Shown: one piece after another, positions 55,811-64,000 of the stretch
Layout: each line of letters begins with the position of its first letter
How positions within the stretch are numbered: the stretch's first letter is position 1
Source of the DNA: Acutalibacteraceae bacterium
GTDB lineage: Bacteria > Bacillota > Clostridia > Oscillospirales > Acutalibacteraceae
Reading direction: 5' to 3'
Length of the DNA stretch: 64,000 bases
Assembly: GCA_045591225.1 (NCBI GenBank)
Contig: JAZNSL010000056.1
Location: forward strand, 19,123 to 83,122
Position numbers and translations under genes: made by a program
Notes under the pieces: generated by a model
What the model saw: the letters and a program-made list of their open reading frames with translations, nothing else
Told to the model about the DNA's origin: nothing
The model's database searches: none

Positions 55811-57481
55811 ATGGATATTTTGAGTATTCGCACGTCGCTGCGGACTAAAACAATATATGACATCCCTTTGCGGGTAACGTTCTATGCTCGTGTGTCTTCG
55901 GATACCGATGAGCAGTTGAATTCCTTGGATAACCAGGTGTCTTATTACGAGAATTTTATCAAAAAGAATAGAGCCTGGACTTTTGTGCCCGGCTATATTG
56001 ACGAGGGTCTGTCGGGTATCTCCACGAAGAAGAGAAAACACTTCAATGAGATGATTGCCGATGCCGAAGAGGGTAAGTTCGATTTGATTATCACCAAGGA
56101 GATCTCCCGTTTTGCCCGTAATACTTTGGACTCTTTGCAGTACACCCGTGAACTACTCGGTAAAGGTGTGGGTGTGTTCTTTCAAAACGATAACATCAAT
56201 ACGCTAGACGAGGACGCAGAACTGCGTCTGACCATTATGTCCTCCATCGCACAGGACGAATTGCGAAAGCTTTCTTCTCGTGTGAAGTTTGGTCATCAGC
56301 AGGCCATCAAGTCCAACGTGGTGTTGGGTAACAGCCGCATCTTTGGATACAAGAAAGAGGATAAGCGCCTGGTCATTGACGAGAGCCAGGCACCGATGGT
56401 GCGGGATCTGTTTCGGCTGTATGCTACCGGCGAGTACAGTATGAAGCAGTTGGAGACGCTGTTCTATGAGCAGGGATATCGCAACTACAACGGTAATAAG
56501 ATTGCCCACACCACTATGTCCGGTATTATCTCTAATCCTAAATATAAAGGATATTATGTAGGCAACAAAGTGCGCATCGTGGATATGTTCACCAAGAAGC
56601 AGAAGTTCCTTCCGCCTGAGGAATGGGTGATGTTCAAGGACGAGACGGGTGAGATTGTGCCTGCCATCGTGTCCGAGGAAGTGTGGGATAGAGCGAACGA
56701 GGTTTTGGCTCGCAGAAGCGAGGACGTGAAGAGCCGTAAAGGTGTGTGCAACCACGCCAACCTGCTGACGGGAAAACTGTTCTGTGCCCATTGTGGCGCG
56801 GCCTATTACCGCAGAGAATCCCGCAGCAAGGACGGCACGGTGAACTCCAAATGGGTGTGCTCCAATAAGATTAACAACGGAGCGGATGCCTGCCCGTCTT
56901 TCCCGATCTACGAAAGTGAGATAAAGCCGATTCTGTTCGAGGTGTTCAGTGAAACACGGGTGGACGTGGAAGCGCTGTTAGCGAGCTATGAAGAGATGTT
57001 CCGCTCGCTGGAGGCGGATGACGAGACCGCCAAACTCATCGAAGAGCAGAAGCGGATTATCGAATTGGCGGATCAGAAGAAGAACAAACTCTTGGAGTTG
57101 GTTACTACAGGTTCCATCACCAACGCAAACTTCAAATCGATGACCGACAAGTGCGACCGGGAGATTGAGGAAGCACAGAAAGTCCTCTTGGAGCTGGAAG
57201 AGGAGATGTTCACTCGCGAAGAGTACCAGAAGCATATGAACGAGGTGAAATCTCGTTTGGAGGCGGCGGTTCGAGATGCTGCCTCCGGAATGATTACCAA
57301 CGAGTTTGTGGCGCAGTATATTGATCGGATTTTCGTCACGATTGAGGAGGATGGTACGGCACGGCTGGAAATCAAGATTTTCACCGGCAAAAGTACCGAG
57401 AAATGGCTCCTGAAATTAAAAGGTCGTATGGGTCACACGTCTAAGAAGATGGTTGAGGCTTACGAGAACGGTCTGAAATAA
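55811..57481 (+). CDS. large serine recombinase (integrase of the island)
   Basis: 556 aa. Has TFYARVSSDTDEQ (catalytic Ser), ISRFARNT, a recombinase domain, the zinc ribbon CAHCGAAYY...WVCSNK and a coiled coil. The last 13 codons including the stop (57443-57481) are the 3' end of the SASP gene. Confidence 0.9.
   Translation: MDILSIRTSLRTKTIYDIPLRVTFYARVSSDTDEQLNSLDNQVSYYENFIKKNRAWTFVPGYIDEGLSGISTKKRKHFNEMIADAEEGKFDLIITKEISRFARNTLDSLQYTRELLGKGVGVFFQNDNINTLDEDAELRLTIMSSIAQDELRKLSSRVKFGHQQAIKSNVVLGNSRIFGYKKEDKRLVIDESQAPMVRDLFRLYATGEYSMKQLETLFYEQGYRNYNGNKIAHTTMSGIISNPKYKGYYVGNKVRIVDMFTKKQKFLPPEEWVMFKDETGEIVPAIVSEEVWDRANEVLARRSEDVKSRKGVCNHANLLTGKLFCAHCGAAYYRRESRSKDGTVNSKWVCSNKINNGADACPSFPIYESEIKPILFEVFSETRVDVEALLASYEEMFRSLEADDETAKLIEEQKRIIELADQKKNKLLELVTTGSITNANFKSMTDKCDREIEEAQKVLLELEEEMFTREEYQKHMNEVKSRLEAAVRDAASGMITNEFVAQYIDRIFVTIEEDGTARLEIKIFTGKSTEKWLLKLKGRMGHTSKKMVEAYENGLK
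57422..57465 (+). other. attR junction (core AA at 57443-57444)
   Basis: ggtcgtatgggtcacacgtct|AA|gaagatggttgaggcttacgag. To the right of the core the sequence is the SASP 3' end. Confidence 0.7.
57443..57481 (+). pseudogene. alpha/beta-type SASP gene, 3' part
   Basis: KKMVEAYENGLK* is the canonical C-terminal continuation of ...GSIGGQMV at 10633. Joined, the two parts give a 63-aa SASP. Confidence 0.8.
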
Positions 57482-57496
57482 GGCTTTTGATGTAAA

Positions 57497-57524
57497 ACAG
57501 CCGGGGATTTCCCCGGCTGTTTTG
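57497..57524 (+). terminator. rho-independent terminator (native SASP terminator)
   Basis: acagccgggg-attt-ccccggctgt plus ttt. Confidence 0.75.
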
Positions 57525-57680
57525 CTGTGGTAAAAAGGATGTGAAGGCTGTAACGAAACGGAACTAGGAATCAGAACCTTGGTTTTGCGCCGAGTGGGCG
57601 CTTGTCCTACTTTCTACCAGCGCAAAACCCTGGAAAAGCCTGACGGCTTTTCGAGGGTCATCTTCTCGAAGTCTGTAACA

Positions 57681-57719
57681 AAAAAGAAAACAGCCACCCA
57701 AAGGGTGACTGTTTCTTTT
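57681..57719 (-). terminator. terminator downstream of tRNA-Gln
   Basis: The hairpin acagccaccc/gggtgactgt is flanked by A- and T-runs and directly abuts the tRNA 3' end. Confidence 0.65.
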
Positions 57720-57793
57720 TGGCTGCGGAACTAGGAATCGAACCTAGACAAAGAGATTCAGAGACTCTCGTGCTACCTTTACACAATTCCGCA
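57720..57793 (-). tRNA. trnQ: tRNA-Gln (anticodon CTG)
   Basis: The minus strand folds by hand as TGCGGAA-TT-GTG-TAAAGGTAG-CAC-G-AGAGT-CTCTGAA-TCTCT-TTGT-CTAGG-TTCGATT-CCTAG-TTCCGCA-G-CCA. It is 74 nt with a perfect 7-bp acceptor and 5-bp T stem, a U1-A72 pair plus G73 typical of bacterial tRNA-Gln, and an encoded CCA. Confidence 0.8.
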
Positions 57794-57822
57794 AAATTGT
57801 ATTCGCTGTTGCGAACAGGTCT

Positions 57823-57850
57823 ATTATACTCTAAATTTCTCGTTTGTCAA
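57823..57850 (-). promoter_or_regulatory. sigma-A type promoter of tRNA-Gln
   Basis: The minus strand reads TTGACA (57850-57845), a 16-nt spacer, then TATAAT (57828-57823), about 30 nt upstream of the tRNA 5' end. Confidence 0.65.
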
Positions 57851-57913
57851 GGGCTTTTTTGCAAAAAACAAAAGATTCTCGAAATTATAAATGCGACCGT
57901 CATCCGCGATTCT

Positions 57914-58645
57914 TTACTGCCGCTTCATCTGCCGCAGGAAAAGGCACACGGCGCCCAGCGTGGTGACCGCCCCATACCCCAAAACAGGCCACAGGTGGGG
58001 GAGTGCCTCTGCCAGATCCCCGTTCAAAAGCGCCCGTTCCCATTCCACCGCGTGGACGAAGGGCAACCAGTTGGCGATGCGTTTGAAGTTTTCACCCAAC
58101 AGCTCCAGGTCAAACCATACGCCGGAAAGCCAGGCGGACAGGTTGGTGAGCAACGCGCCGCAGATACCGCCCACCTGCTTGACGTTGAAGAGGCTTCCGC
58201 ACAGCAGTCCGAGAGAAACGTAGAACACCGCCACCGGGAGCATCCCCGCCACCGCATACAGCATCCCCATCGTGAGCGGCAGGCCGATGCCCACGGCCAA
58301 CACATAACACGCGATGCATTGGAGCAGGGCCAGAGGGAGCATGGGCAGCAGATAGCCGAGAATGAAATCCCCCGGGATGAGCGGGGTTGTGTACAGCCGT
58401 TGCAGCAGGGCGCTTTCCCGGTCCTTGGCGATCAGGGTGGCGGAAAACAGCGTCATAAAGGCAAGACCAAACACCGTCACGCCGGGTGTCAGCCGCTGAA
58501 TGGCAAACAGTTCCACCGGCACGTTTTTCTGTATCCCGCTGAGCAGAAGCAGCAGTACCAGCGGAAATCCCAACCCAAACAGCAGGTTGAGCGGATCCCG
58601 CAGCATCTCTTTTGCACAGCGCCGGGAAAAGGTAAGCATTCTCAT
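57914..58645 (-). CDS. ABC-2 type transporter permease
   Basis: 243 aa with about 6 TM segments. Overlaps the upstream ATPase gene by 4 nt. Confidence 0.75.
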   Translation of the reverse strand: MRMLTFSRRCAKEMLRDPLNLLFGLGFPLVLLLLLSGIQKNVPVELFAIQRLTPGVTVFGLAFMTLFSATLIAKDRESALLQRLYTTPLIPGDFILGYLLPMLPLALLQCIACYVLAVGIGLPLTMGMLYAVAGMLPVAVFYVSLGLLCGSLFNVKQVGGICGALLTNLSAWLSGVWFDLELLGENFKRIANWLPFVHAVEWERALLNGDLAEALPHLWPVLGYGAVTTLGAVCLFLRQMKRQ

Positions 58646-59370
58646 ACGTCCGCCTCCTTCACAATAGCCACAAAGGCCTTTTCAAAGGTATCGGTGCCGG
58701 TCTGCTCTATCAGTTGATCGGCGGTTCCCACCACCAGCAGTTGCCCGTCCTTCATAATGCCGATGCGGTCGGACAGCGCCTGCGCTTCTTCCATATAATG
58801 GGTGGTGAGGATCACCGTCACCCGGCCTTTCAGGGCGCGGATATGTTCCCACAGTTCCTGCCGCGCCAGCACGTCCAGGCCCAGGGTCGGCTCGTCCAGA
58901 AACAGCACCGACGGCTGGCTGATCAGCGCCATGGCGATGCTCAGCCGCCGGGCAAAGCCGCCGGACAACTTGCCGGCTTTTTGGGAGAGCGCCGGCTCGA
59001 GGCCGAATTGCTCTGCCAGTTGGCGGATTTTGTCCCGGCTTTCCTCTTTGGAAAAGCCGTGGAGACCGCAGATGAGCTCCAGATTTTCCCGCACCGTCAG
59101 GAGCGGCGCCACCGCCGTTTCCTGAGGGGATACGCCGATGCGGGTCTTTACGTGTTGGGGCTGTTTCGTGACGCTGTACCCCTCTACGTAGGCTTCGCCG
59201 TCGGTGGGCGCGGTCAGGCAGGACAGCATCTTAATGGTGGTGGTTTTGCCGGCACCGTTGACCCCCAACAGGGCAAACAGCTCTCCCGAAAAAACCTCTA
59301 GATTCAGTTGACGGACGGCGGCGGTGTTCCCGTACCGTTTGGTTAGGTTGTCGGTTTTTATAGCGTTCAT
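58642..59370 (-). CDS. ABC transporter ATP-binding protein
   Basis: Walker A is GVNGAGKTT, the signature is LSGGFARRL and Walker B is VLFLDEPT. I chose start MNAIKTDNLTKRYG for RBS spacing. Confidence 0.85.
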   Translation of the reverse strand: MNAIKTDNLTKRYGNTAAVRQLNLEVFSGELFALLGVNGAGKTTTIKMLSCLTAPTDGEAYVEGYSVTKQPQHVKTRIGVSPQETAVAPLLTVRENLELICGLHGFSKEESRDKIRQLAEQFGLEPALSQKAGKLSGGFARRLSIAMALISQPSVLFLDEPTLGLDVLARQELWEHIRALKGRVTVILTTHYMEEAQALSDRIGIMKDGQLLVVGTADQLIEQTGTDTFEKAFVAIVKEADV

Positions 59371-59540
59371 ACTCATTCCCCTTTCGGGTACAGCATAAGC
59401 TTTCACGGGGCGGGATGCAACCGCTTTTGGCTTTTCGGTTGGTTTGATAACCTAATCGGCAGGAATACGAAAACAAAAAGACCGCCCATGGGGCACCCTC
59501 CGCAAGGAAGGTGCCCCAATTAAGTTTGCCCTTACGGGCA

Positions 59541-59671
59541 AGTGAAGTTATCTTCGATAGTGAAGTTGTCCTACGGACAGTGAAGTTTCGCCTGCGGCGA
59601 AGATGGCAAACTTAACTTCACTTAGGTCTGTAAGACTAAACTTCACTGCGAACACAATGAGCAACTTCACT
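59541..59671. repeat. six copies of a 9-mer (three AGTGAAGTT then three AACTTCACT) interleaved with mini-hairpins
   Basis: AGTGAAGTT occurs at 59541, 59559 and 59579. AACTTCACT occurs at 59614, 59639 and 59663. The array lies upstream of the ABC operon. Confidence 0.7.
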
Positions 59672-59858
59672 TTTGCGACAGCAAAAATTTCACATTCAAA
59701 ACAGGGGAAACCATTTTTTGTGTGTGGTAATGTTACTTTCTTAAAACGTATAACGTACTATGACACTTTCATCAATTGAAAGTGTTTTTTCTTTATAAAA
59801 AACGATGGAAGACAACTTCTTTACGAAGTGTCTTCCATCGGCGTCGGCGGTCTTGTGA

Positions 59859-60188
59859 TCAGTCTTTTGTAAAGGTCAAGGTCTTGCTTCCGTCAAAGCT
59901 GGTGACGGTGAGGGTGTCTTTTTCAATGGTATAGCTGACGTTATCCAAAAACACGTAGTTGGAGCCGTCGATGATCTGCACCACCGAGAGGCGGTCGTCC
60001 TTGATCTCCCAGGTGCAAGGGCGGGAAATACCGTTCGAAACGATGGTTCCGGTGCCGTCTTTGGCGAGGGTCATCTGCCCGTCCAAGCCGTCGATGGTGG
60101 TGTTCCAGCTACCCACCACGGGGCTGGCACAGGCGGTTAAGCAAACCAGCATAACCACGATTACAATGAGGCAAATCGCTTTCTTCAT
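59859..60188 (-). CDS. small lipoprotein
   Basis: MKKAICLIVIVVMLVCLTAC carries a lipobox, and RBS ggagga lies upstream. Confidence 0.65.
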   Translation of the reverse strand: MKKAICLIVIVVMLVCLTACASPVVGSWNTTIDGLDGQMTLAKDGTGTIVSNGISRPCTWEIKDDRLSVVQIIDGSNYVFLDNVSYTIEKDTLTVTSFDGSKTLTFTKD

Positions 60189-60330
60189 ATCCCATTCCTC
60201 CAATGATGCACGAATACAGTACTCATTATATAATCATTCCGCCTAAATGTCAATGAACCTACGGTTTTTCTTGACATTACGGCCCGGGTGGGGTTTAATA
60301 GAATCATACTAACAGAAACGAGGTGCCCTT

Positions 60331-61710
60331 ATGCAATATTTTGTGGACGGTATTTACGGTTGTGACGGTCAAGACGGCTTGACCCCGCTGACGGCGTGGA
60401 AGACCTTGGGTAAGGTGAACGCCGCCACCTTCCTGCCCGGTGACGAGATTCTGCTGCGCACCGGCTGTACCTACAAAGGACAACTGCATCCTCTGGGCGA
60501 TGGCACCGCCCAGGCACCCATCCGCATCCGCTCTTACGGCGGCGGCAAAAAGCCGATTATCGATGCCGGCGGCACCCACGGCACCCCGGAGGGAGATTTT
60601 GTGGATGGCGCGGCGGTGCTGTTCTATAACCAGAATTATTGGGAAGTAGAGGGCTTGGAGATTATCAACCACAATCCCTACTACAAGCAGGAATACGTCC
60701 ACGAGCTACATCCCCACACCCACAGCGTGTTCAAGAAATCCCCGGAGAACCGCTATCGCTACGGCGTGCTGATCCGCTGGCACAACTACGGCACCGGCCA
60801 CCATATCTACGTGAAGAATTGCCACATCCACGACGTCAACGGCGAGTGCAGTCGGTTCTGCGCCGAGGGTATCCTGGTGGTGTCCACCGGCACCGACGGC
60901 GGTACCCCCACCCATTTTGACGACGTGCTGATCGAGGGCAACCTTATCGAGGACATCGACCGCACCGGCATCTCGGTGTGGTCGGCCTGGGCCGAGGGCC
61001 GCGGTATCGAATACCACGGCAATCCTTATGAGTCCAACAACTTCTACCACACCACCGTTGGCCCTTGGATCGGTAGCACCAATGTGGTGGTCCGGGGCAA
61101 CCAAATTTACCGCACCGCCGGTGACGGCATTTTGATCAACAGCACCATCGGTGCCATCATTGAACATAACTACGCGGAGCATTGTTGCTGGGATAACCGC
61201 ATTGCCCCCAATGCGGCGGTGTGGTGCCACAATGCCGACGGCACCATCTTCCAGTACAACGAGGTGTGTTATACCCACGGCGTGCAGGACGGCCAGGCCT
61301 TTGATATCGACATTTCCTGCAACGATTCCGTGGTCCGTTACAATTACAGCCACCACAACGAGGGCGGTTTCCAGCTGCTGATGTACAAGACCACCAACAA
61401 CGACATTTACGGCAACATCAGTGAGCACGACCGCAACGGCCTCATCTGGGTACACGAAAACGAGGGCGGTACCCGCTTCCACGATAACCGCTTCTATCTG
61501 GATATGGAAAACGTGCAGGTGTTCCGCGGACCCTTCGACAGCGACGATTGGGTGTTTGAAAACAACGTGTTTTATGCCCGTGTGCCGGATACCGAGATCG
61601 AGTGGCGGGAGCGGGCCAAGTACAAGGGCAACACCTACTACAACATCAAAAACCTGCCGGATGACCCGGAGGCAAAAACCGAAAAACCCACCTGGCAACC
61701 CAAAGACTAA
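60331..61710 (+). CDS. right-handed beta-helix (pectate-lyase-fold) protein
   Basis: 459 aa. The N-terminus YFVDGIYGCDGQDGLTPLTAWKTLGKVN is typical of this fold. Repeated ...GI.V / N...N turns follow. Confidence 0.55.
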   Translation: MQYFVDGIYGCDGQDGLTPLTAWKTLGKVNAATFLPGDEILLRTGCTYKGQLHPLGDGTAQAPIRIRSYGGGKKPIIDAGGTHGTPEGDFVDGAAVLFYNQNYWEVEGLEIINHNPYYKQEYVHELHPHTHSVFKKSPENRYRYGVLIRWHNYGTGHHIYVKNCHIHDVNGECSRFCAEGILVVSTGTDGGTPTHFDDVLIEGNLIEDIDRTGISVWSAWAEGRGIEYHGNPYESNNFYHTTVGPWIGSTNVVVRGNQIYRTAGDGILINSTIGAIIEHNYAEHCCWDNRIAPNAAVWCHNADGTIFQYNEVCYTHGVQDGQAFDIDISCNDSVVRYNYSHHNEGGFQLLMYKTTNNDIYGNISEHDRNGLIWVHENEGGTRFHDNRFYLDMENVQVFRGPFDSDDWVFENNVFYARVPDTEIEWRERAKYKGNTYYNIKNLPDDPEAKTEKPTWQPKD

Positions 61711-61745
61711 AAAAGAAAGCCGACCCATCGGGTCGGCTTTCTTTT

Positions 61746-62903
61746 TTATATCCCTAAATGTTTTAGCAATACGTCGGCGGGGATGTTGTCGGAATTGTCA
61801 AAGCTGGTGGCAGCGTGAAATTCGGACATAGAGTGACCCAGGTCGCCCTTGGTCAGCAGATTCCACCAACGGACGATCTGATACCAGGGGGTCAGCCACT
61901 TTTTCTCCTGCAGAATGGGGAAGTAGTATTTGATCAGGTCATAGGGCAGGATGATACGGGTCATCAGGAATTTCACCTTTCCGCCCTCTTTGGTGCGGCG
62001 CAGAGCCACCCGATTGGTCAGGTTGCCGAAGTTACCGCCCCGCAGGATATATTGGGCGAAATAGGCGGTGCTTTGATCCATTTCCTTGTCGGAGAGCCAG
62101 CATTCGGTCAGGTCCTCGGCGGCCTTGGCAAAGGTCAGGCGATAGCCCTTTTCCAAAAAGGCTTCCCGCTCCTCACGGTTGTGGGGGACCTTGTGGTTGA
62201 GGATCCAGGTATCGATGAAGAAACGGATACTGCAACCGCCGTTGGCCACGTGCTTGGCCATATGCACCATGTGGTAGTAATAGAACAGGTCGTCCGGCAG
62301 GGCGTACTGGCAGGGGTTGCCCTCCACCGGCACGGCGTACCGCCAGATATTCTCCAGAATCTCCCGGGCCTTGGGCAACACAAAATCCTCAATGATGGCA
62401 AAGTGAAGCTCCAGCAATTCGTTGGAGGGGGAGATGAGGCTCACGTCGTGGGGAGAGATCCGCCGCTCGGTATAATGGAGTTTGTCCTGGATGAGGGTCT
62501 GTGCCCGCTCCAGATCCTCTTTGTGAATGAGGATGTCGGTGTCACAGCTGGTGCGCATCCACGCCTCGGGATAATAGGGGCGCAGAACCGATCCCTTCAG
62601 CGGGATGTAGGGGATGTTGGCCTCTTCCAGCACCCGGCAAACGTCCTTAAACTCAAAGTCCTGACGGACGTAGCGGTACACCGCCTGTAACATACGGTTA
62701 CGGCAACGGGTCAGCCACTCGTTGTCCGGCAGGTCCAGTTTATCCAGCGCCTGTCCCGCCAAATGGCTCACGTCGTGCATATCCGCTAGTTTATACAGTT
62801 GTTCCAGCATTTCCGGGGTGCAGGCGGCCTTGGTGGCGTCGTCCACCGTCTCGCCGAACATCGCCGACCGGATAAGCGTAAACAACAGGGATTCCACAGT
62901 CAT
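61746..62903 (-). CDS. nucleotidyltransferase-family protein (NTP_transf_5-like)
   Basis: 385 aa with IPLKGSVLRPYYPEAWMRTSCDTDILIHKED. Same family pattern as island gene 38340..39407. Confidence 0.55.
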   Translation of the reverse strand: MTVESLLFTLIRSAMFGETVDDATKAACTPEMLEQLYKLADMHDVSHLAGQALDKLDLPDNEWLTRCRNRMLQAVYRYVRQDFEFKDVCRVLEEANIPYIPLKGSVLRPYYPEAWMRTSCDTDILIHKEDLERAQTLIQDKLHYTERRISPHDVSLISPSNELLELHFAIIEDFVLPKAREILENIWRYAVPVEGNPCQYALPDDLFYYYHMVHMAKHVANGGCSIRFFIDTWILNHKVPHNREEREAFLEKGYRLTFAKAAEDLTECWLSDKEMDQSTAYFAQYILRGGNFGNLTNRVALRRTKEGGKVKFLMTRIILPYDLIKYYFPILQEKKWLTPWYQIVRWWNLLTKGDLGHSMSEFHAATSFDNSDNIPADVLLKHLGI

Positions 62904-62944
62904 AGTCTTGCTGTCCTTTCTGTAAAGGGATTGGGCTTGTCACA

Positions 62945-64000
62945 TCAATACTTGCGCCAGACCATCCGATCCACCACACCGGTGTAGGACTGGATGATCT
63001 TGACCACCTTGGTGGATACGTTTTCTTCCACGTAATCCGGCACCGGGATGCCGTGCTGACCGTCGGCGTTGAGCCGGACGGCGGTGTCCACCGCCTGGAG
63101 CAGGTTGCCCTCGTCAATGCCCGCCAGCACAAAGCAACCCTTGTCCAGTGCCTCCGGGCGCTCGGTGGAGGTGCGGATGCACACGGCGGGGAAGGGCTTG
63201 CCGATGGAGGTGAAGAAGCTGCTCTCCTCCGGCAGGGTGCCGCTGTCGGACACCACCGCAAAGGCGTTCATCTGCAGGCAGTTGTAGTCGTGGAAGCCCA
63301 AGGGTTCGTGGCGGATCACCCGACTGTCCAGCACGAAACCGCTGTTGTCCAGACGGTTGCGGGAGCGGGGATGGCAGGAGTACAGAATGGGCATATCGTA
63401 TTTTTCCGCCATTTTGTTGATGGCGGTAAACAGCGAGGTGAAATTCTTTTCGGTATCGATGTTTTCCTCCCGGTGGGCAGAGAGCAGGATGTACTTGCCC
63501 TTGGTGAGACCCAGCCGGGCATGGATATCGGAGGCCTCGATTTGGCTGAGGTTGTTATGCAGTACCTCCGCCATAGGGGAACCGGTGACGTAGGTGCGCT
63601 CCTTAGGCAGACCGCAATCCGCCAGATAGCGGCGGGCGTGCTCGGAATAGCACATATTCACGTCCGAGATGATGTCCACGATACGGCGGTTGGTCTCCTC
63701 CGGCAGGCACTCGTCCTTACAGCGGTTGCCCGCCTCCATATGGAAGATGGGGATATGCAGCCGCTTGGCGCCGATGACCGACAGGCAGGAGTTGGTATCG
63801 CCCAGCACCAGCACGGCGTCGGGCTTGATCTCCACCATCAGCTCATAGCTTTTGGCGATGATGTTGCCGATGGTGTCGCCCAGGTGGTTGCCCACCGCCT
63901 CCAGATACACGTCCGGGTCAGCCAGCCCCAAATCCTTGAAGAAAACGCCGTTGAGGTTATAGTCGTAGTTCTGACCGGTGTGGGCCAGGATGGTGTCGAA
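62945..64000 (-). CDS. wecB: UDP-N-acetylglucosamine 2-epimerase (N-terminus beyond window)
   Basis: The frame stays open to the window end (FDTILAHTGQNYDYNLNGVFFKDLGLADPDVYLE...). GDTNS and HMEAGNR motifs are present. Confidence 0.8.
   Translation of the reverse strand, partial: FDTILAHTGQNYDYNLNGVFFKDLGLADPDVYLEAVGNHLGDTIGNIIAKSYELMVEIKPDAVLVLGDTNSCLSVIGAKRLHIPIFHMEAGNRCKDECLPEETNRRIVDIISDVNMCYSEHARRYLADCGLPKERTYVTGSPMAEVLHNNLSQIEASDIHARLGLTKGKYILLSAHREENIDTEKNFTSLFTAINKMAEKYDMPILYSCHPRSRNRLDNSGFVLDSRVIRHEPLGFHDYNCLQMNAFAVVSDSGTLPEESSFFTSIGKPFPAVCIRTSTERPEALDKGCFVLAGIDEGNLLQAVDTAVRLNADGQHGIPVPDYVEENVSTKVVKIIQSYTGVVDRMVWRKY

Larger units (their letters stand above)
10634..57444. mobile_element. 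~46.8 kb AT-rich genomic island / decayed prophage integrated by a large serine recombinase into the SASP gene
   Basis: Three things define it: the split SASP gene, the recombinase gene at the right end, and a rebuilt attP with inverted TCGTA.GGGT arms 10-19 nt either side of the AA core. There is an abrupt GC-rich to AT-rich change at both borders. Confidence 0.8.

Noticed and set aside
10481-57481. Skin/SPbeta-style mother-cell-specific excision that restores the gene during sporulation
   Set aside because: This was not adopted as the explanation. Alpha/beta SASPs are expressed in the forespore, so excision there would be heritable. SASP genes are usually multi-copy, so simple tolerated insertion is the more economical reading. 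I left it as something to test.
57566-57640. Second tRNA gene on the minus strand
   Set aside because: Only the T-arm and acceptor 3' strand are recognisable, with an insertion. No acceptor 5' strand, D arm or anticodon arm can be folded. I treat it as a degenerate partial duplication.
59541-59671. Possible CRISPR array
   Set aside because: The repeat unit is only 9 nt, the spacing is irregular at 18-25 nt, half of the copies are inverted, and there are no cas genes. This is not CRISPR. No CRISPR-like array was seen anywhere in the window.

Overview
The flanks (1-10.6 kb and 57.4-64 kb) are GC-rich and look like a spore-forming Clostridia-type chromosome. They carry a dlt-like acylation operon, an ECF sigma/anti-sigma pair, XRE regulators, tRNA-Gln, an ABC exporter and cell-envelope genes. 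Between them lies a ~46.8 kb AT-rich island (10634-57444). The island sits inside an alpha/beta-type small acid-soluble spore protein (SASP) gene. The two gene halves (10481-10635 and 57443-57481) rejoin in frame, a large serine recombinase gene abuts the right junction, and attB/attP can be rebuilt around an AA core. The island has no capsid, tail or conjugation genes. Its cargo is: AbiE; a PRTase-like/P-loop ATPase/unknown/m6A-methyltransferase operon; a RelA-SpoT-like plus DGQHR (DndB/ParB-like) pair; a decayed prophage piece (small serine recombinase, XhlA-holin-amidase lysis cassette); a TIR-protein/P-loop-kinase cassette flanked by 27-bp inverted recombinase-type sites beside a Xer-like recombinase; a carrier-protein/adenylating-enzyme/BtrH-like/Tmk-like/NTase/CYTH operon; cell-wall hydrolase-like genes; and a 1664-aa RHS toxin with a membrane immunity candidate. 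The best candidates for undescribed systems are the invertible TIR/kinase switch, the methyltransferase-linked four-gene operon, the RelA-SpoT/DGQHR pair and the nucleotide/carrier-protein operon. GC-rich hairpin-array repeats occur once in the chromosome and twice inside the island. No rRNA genes or CRISPR arrays were seen. All protein calls rest on motifs read by eye; no database search, fold prediction or statistics were run.
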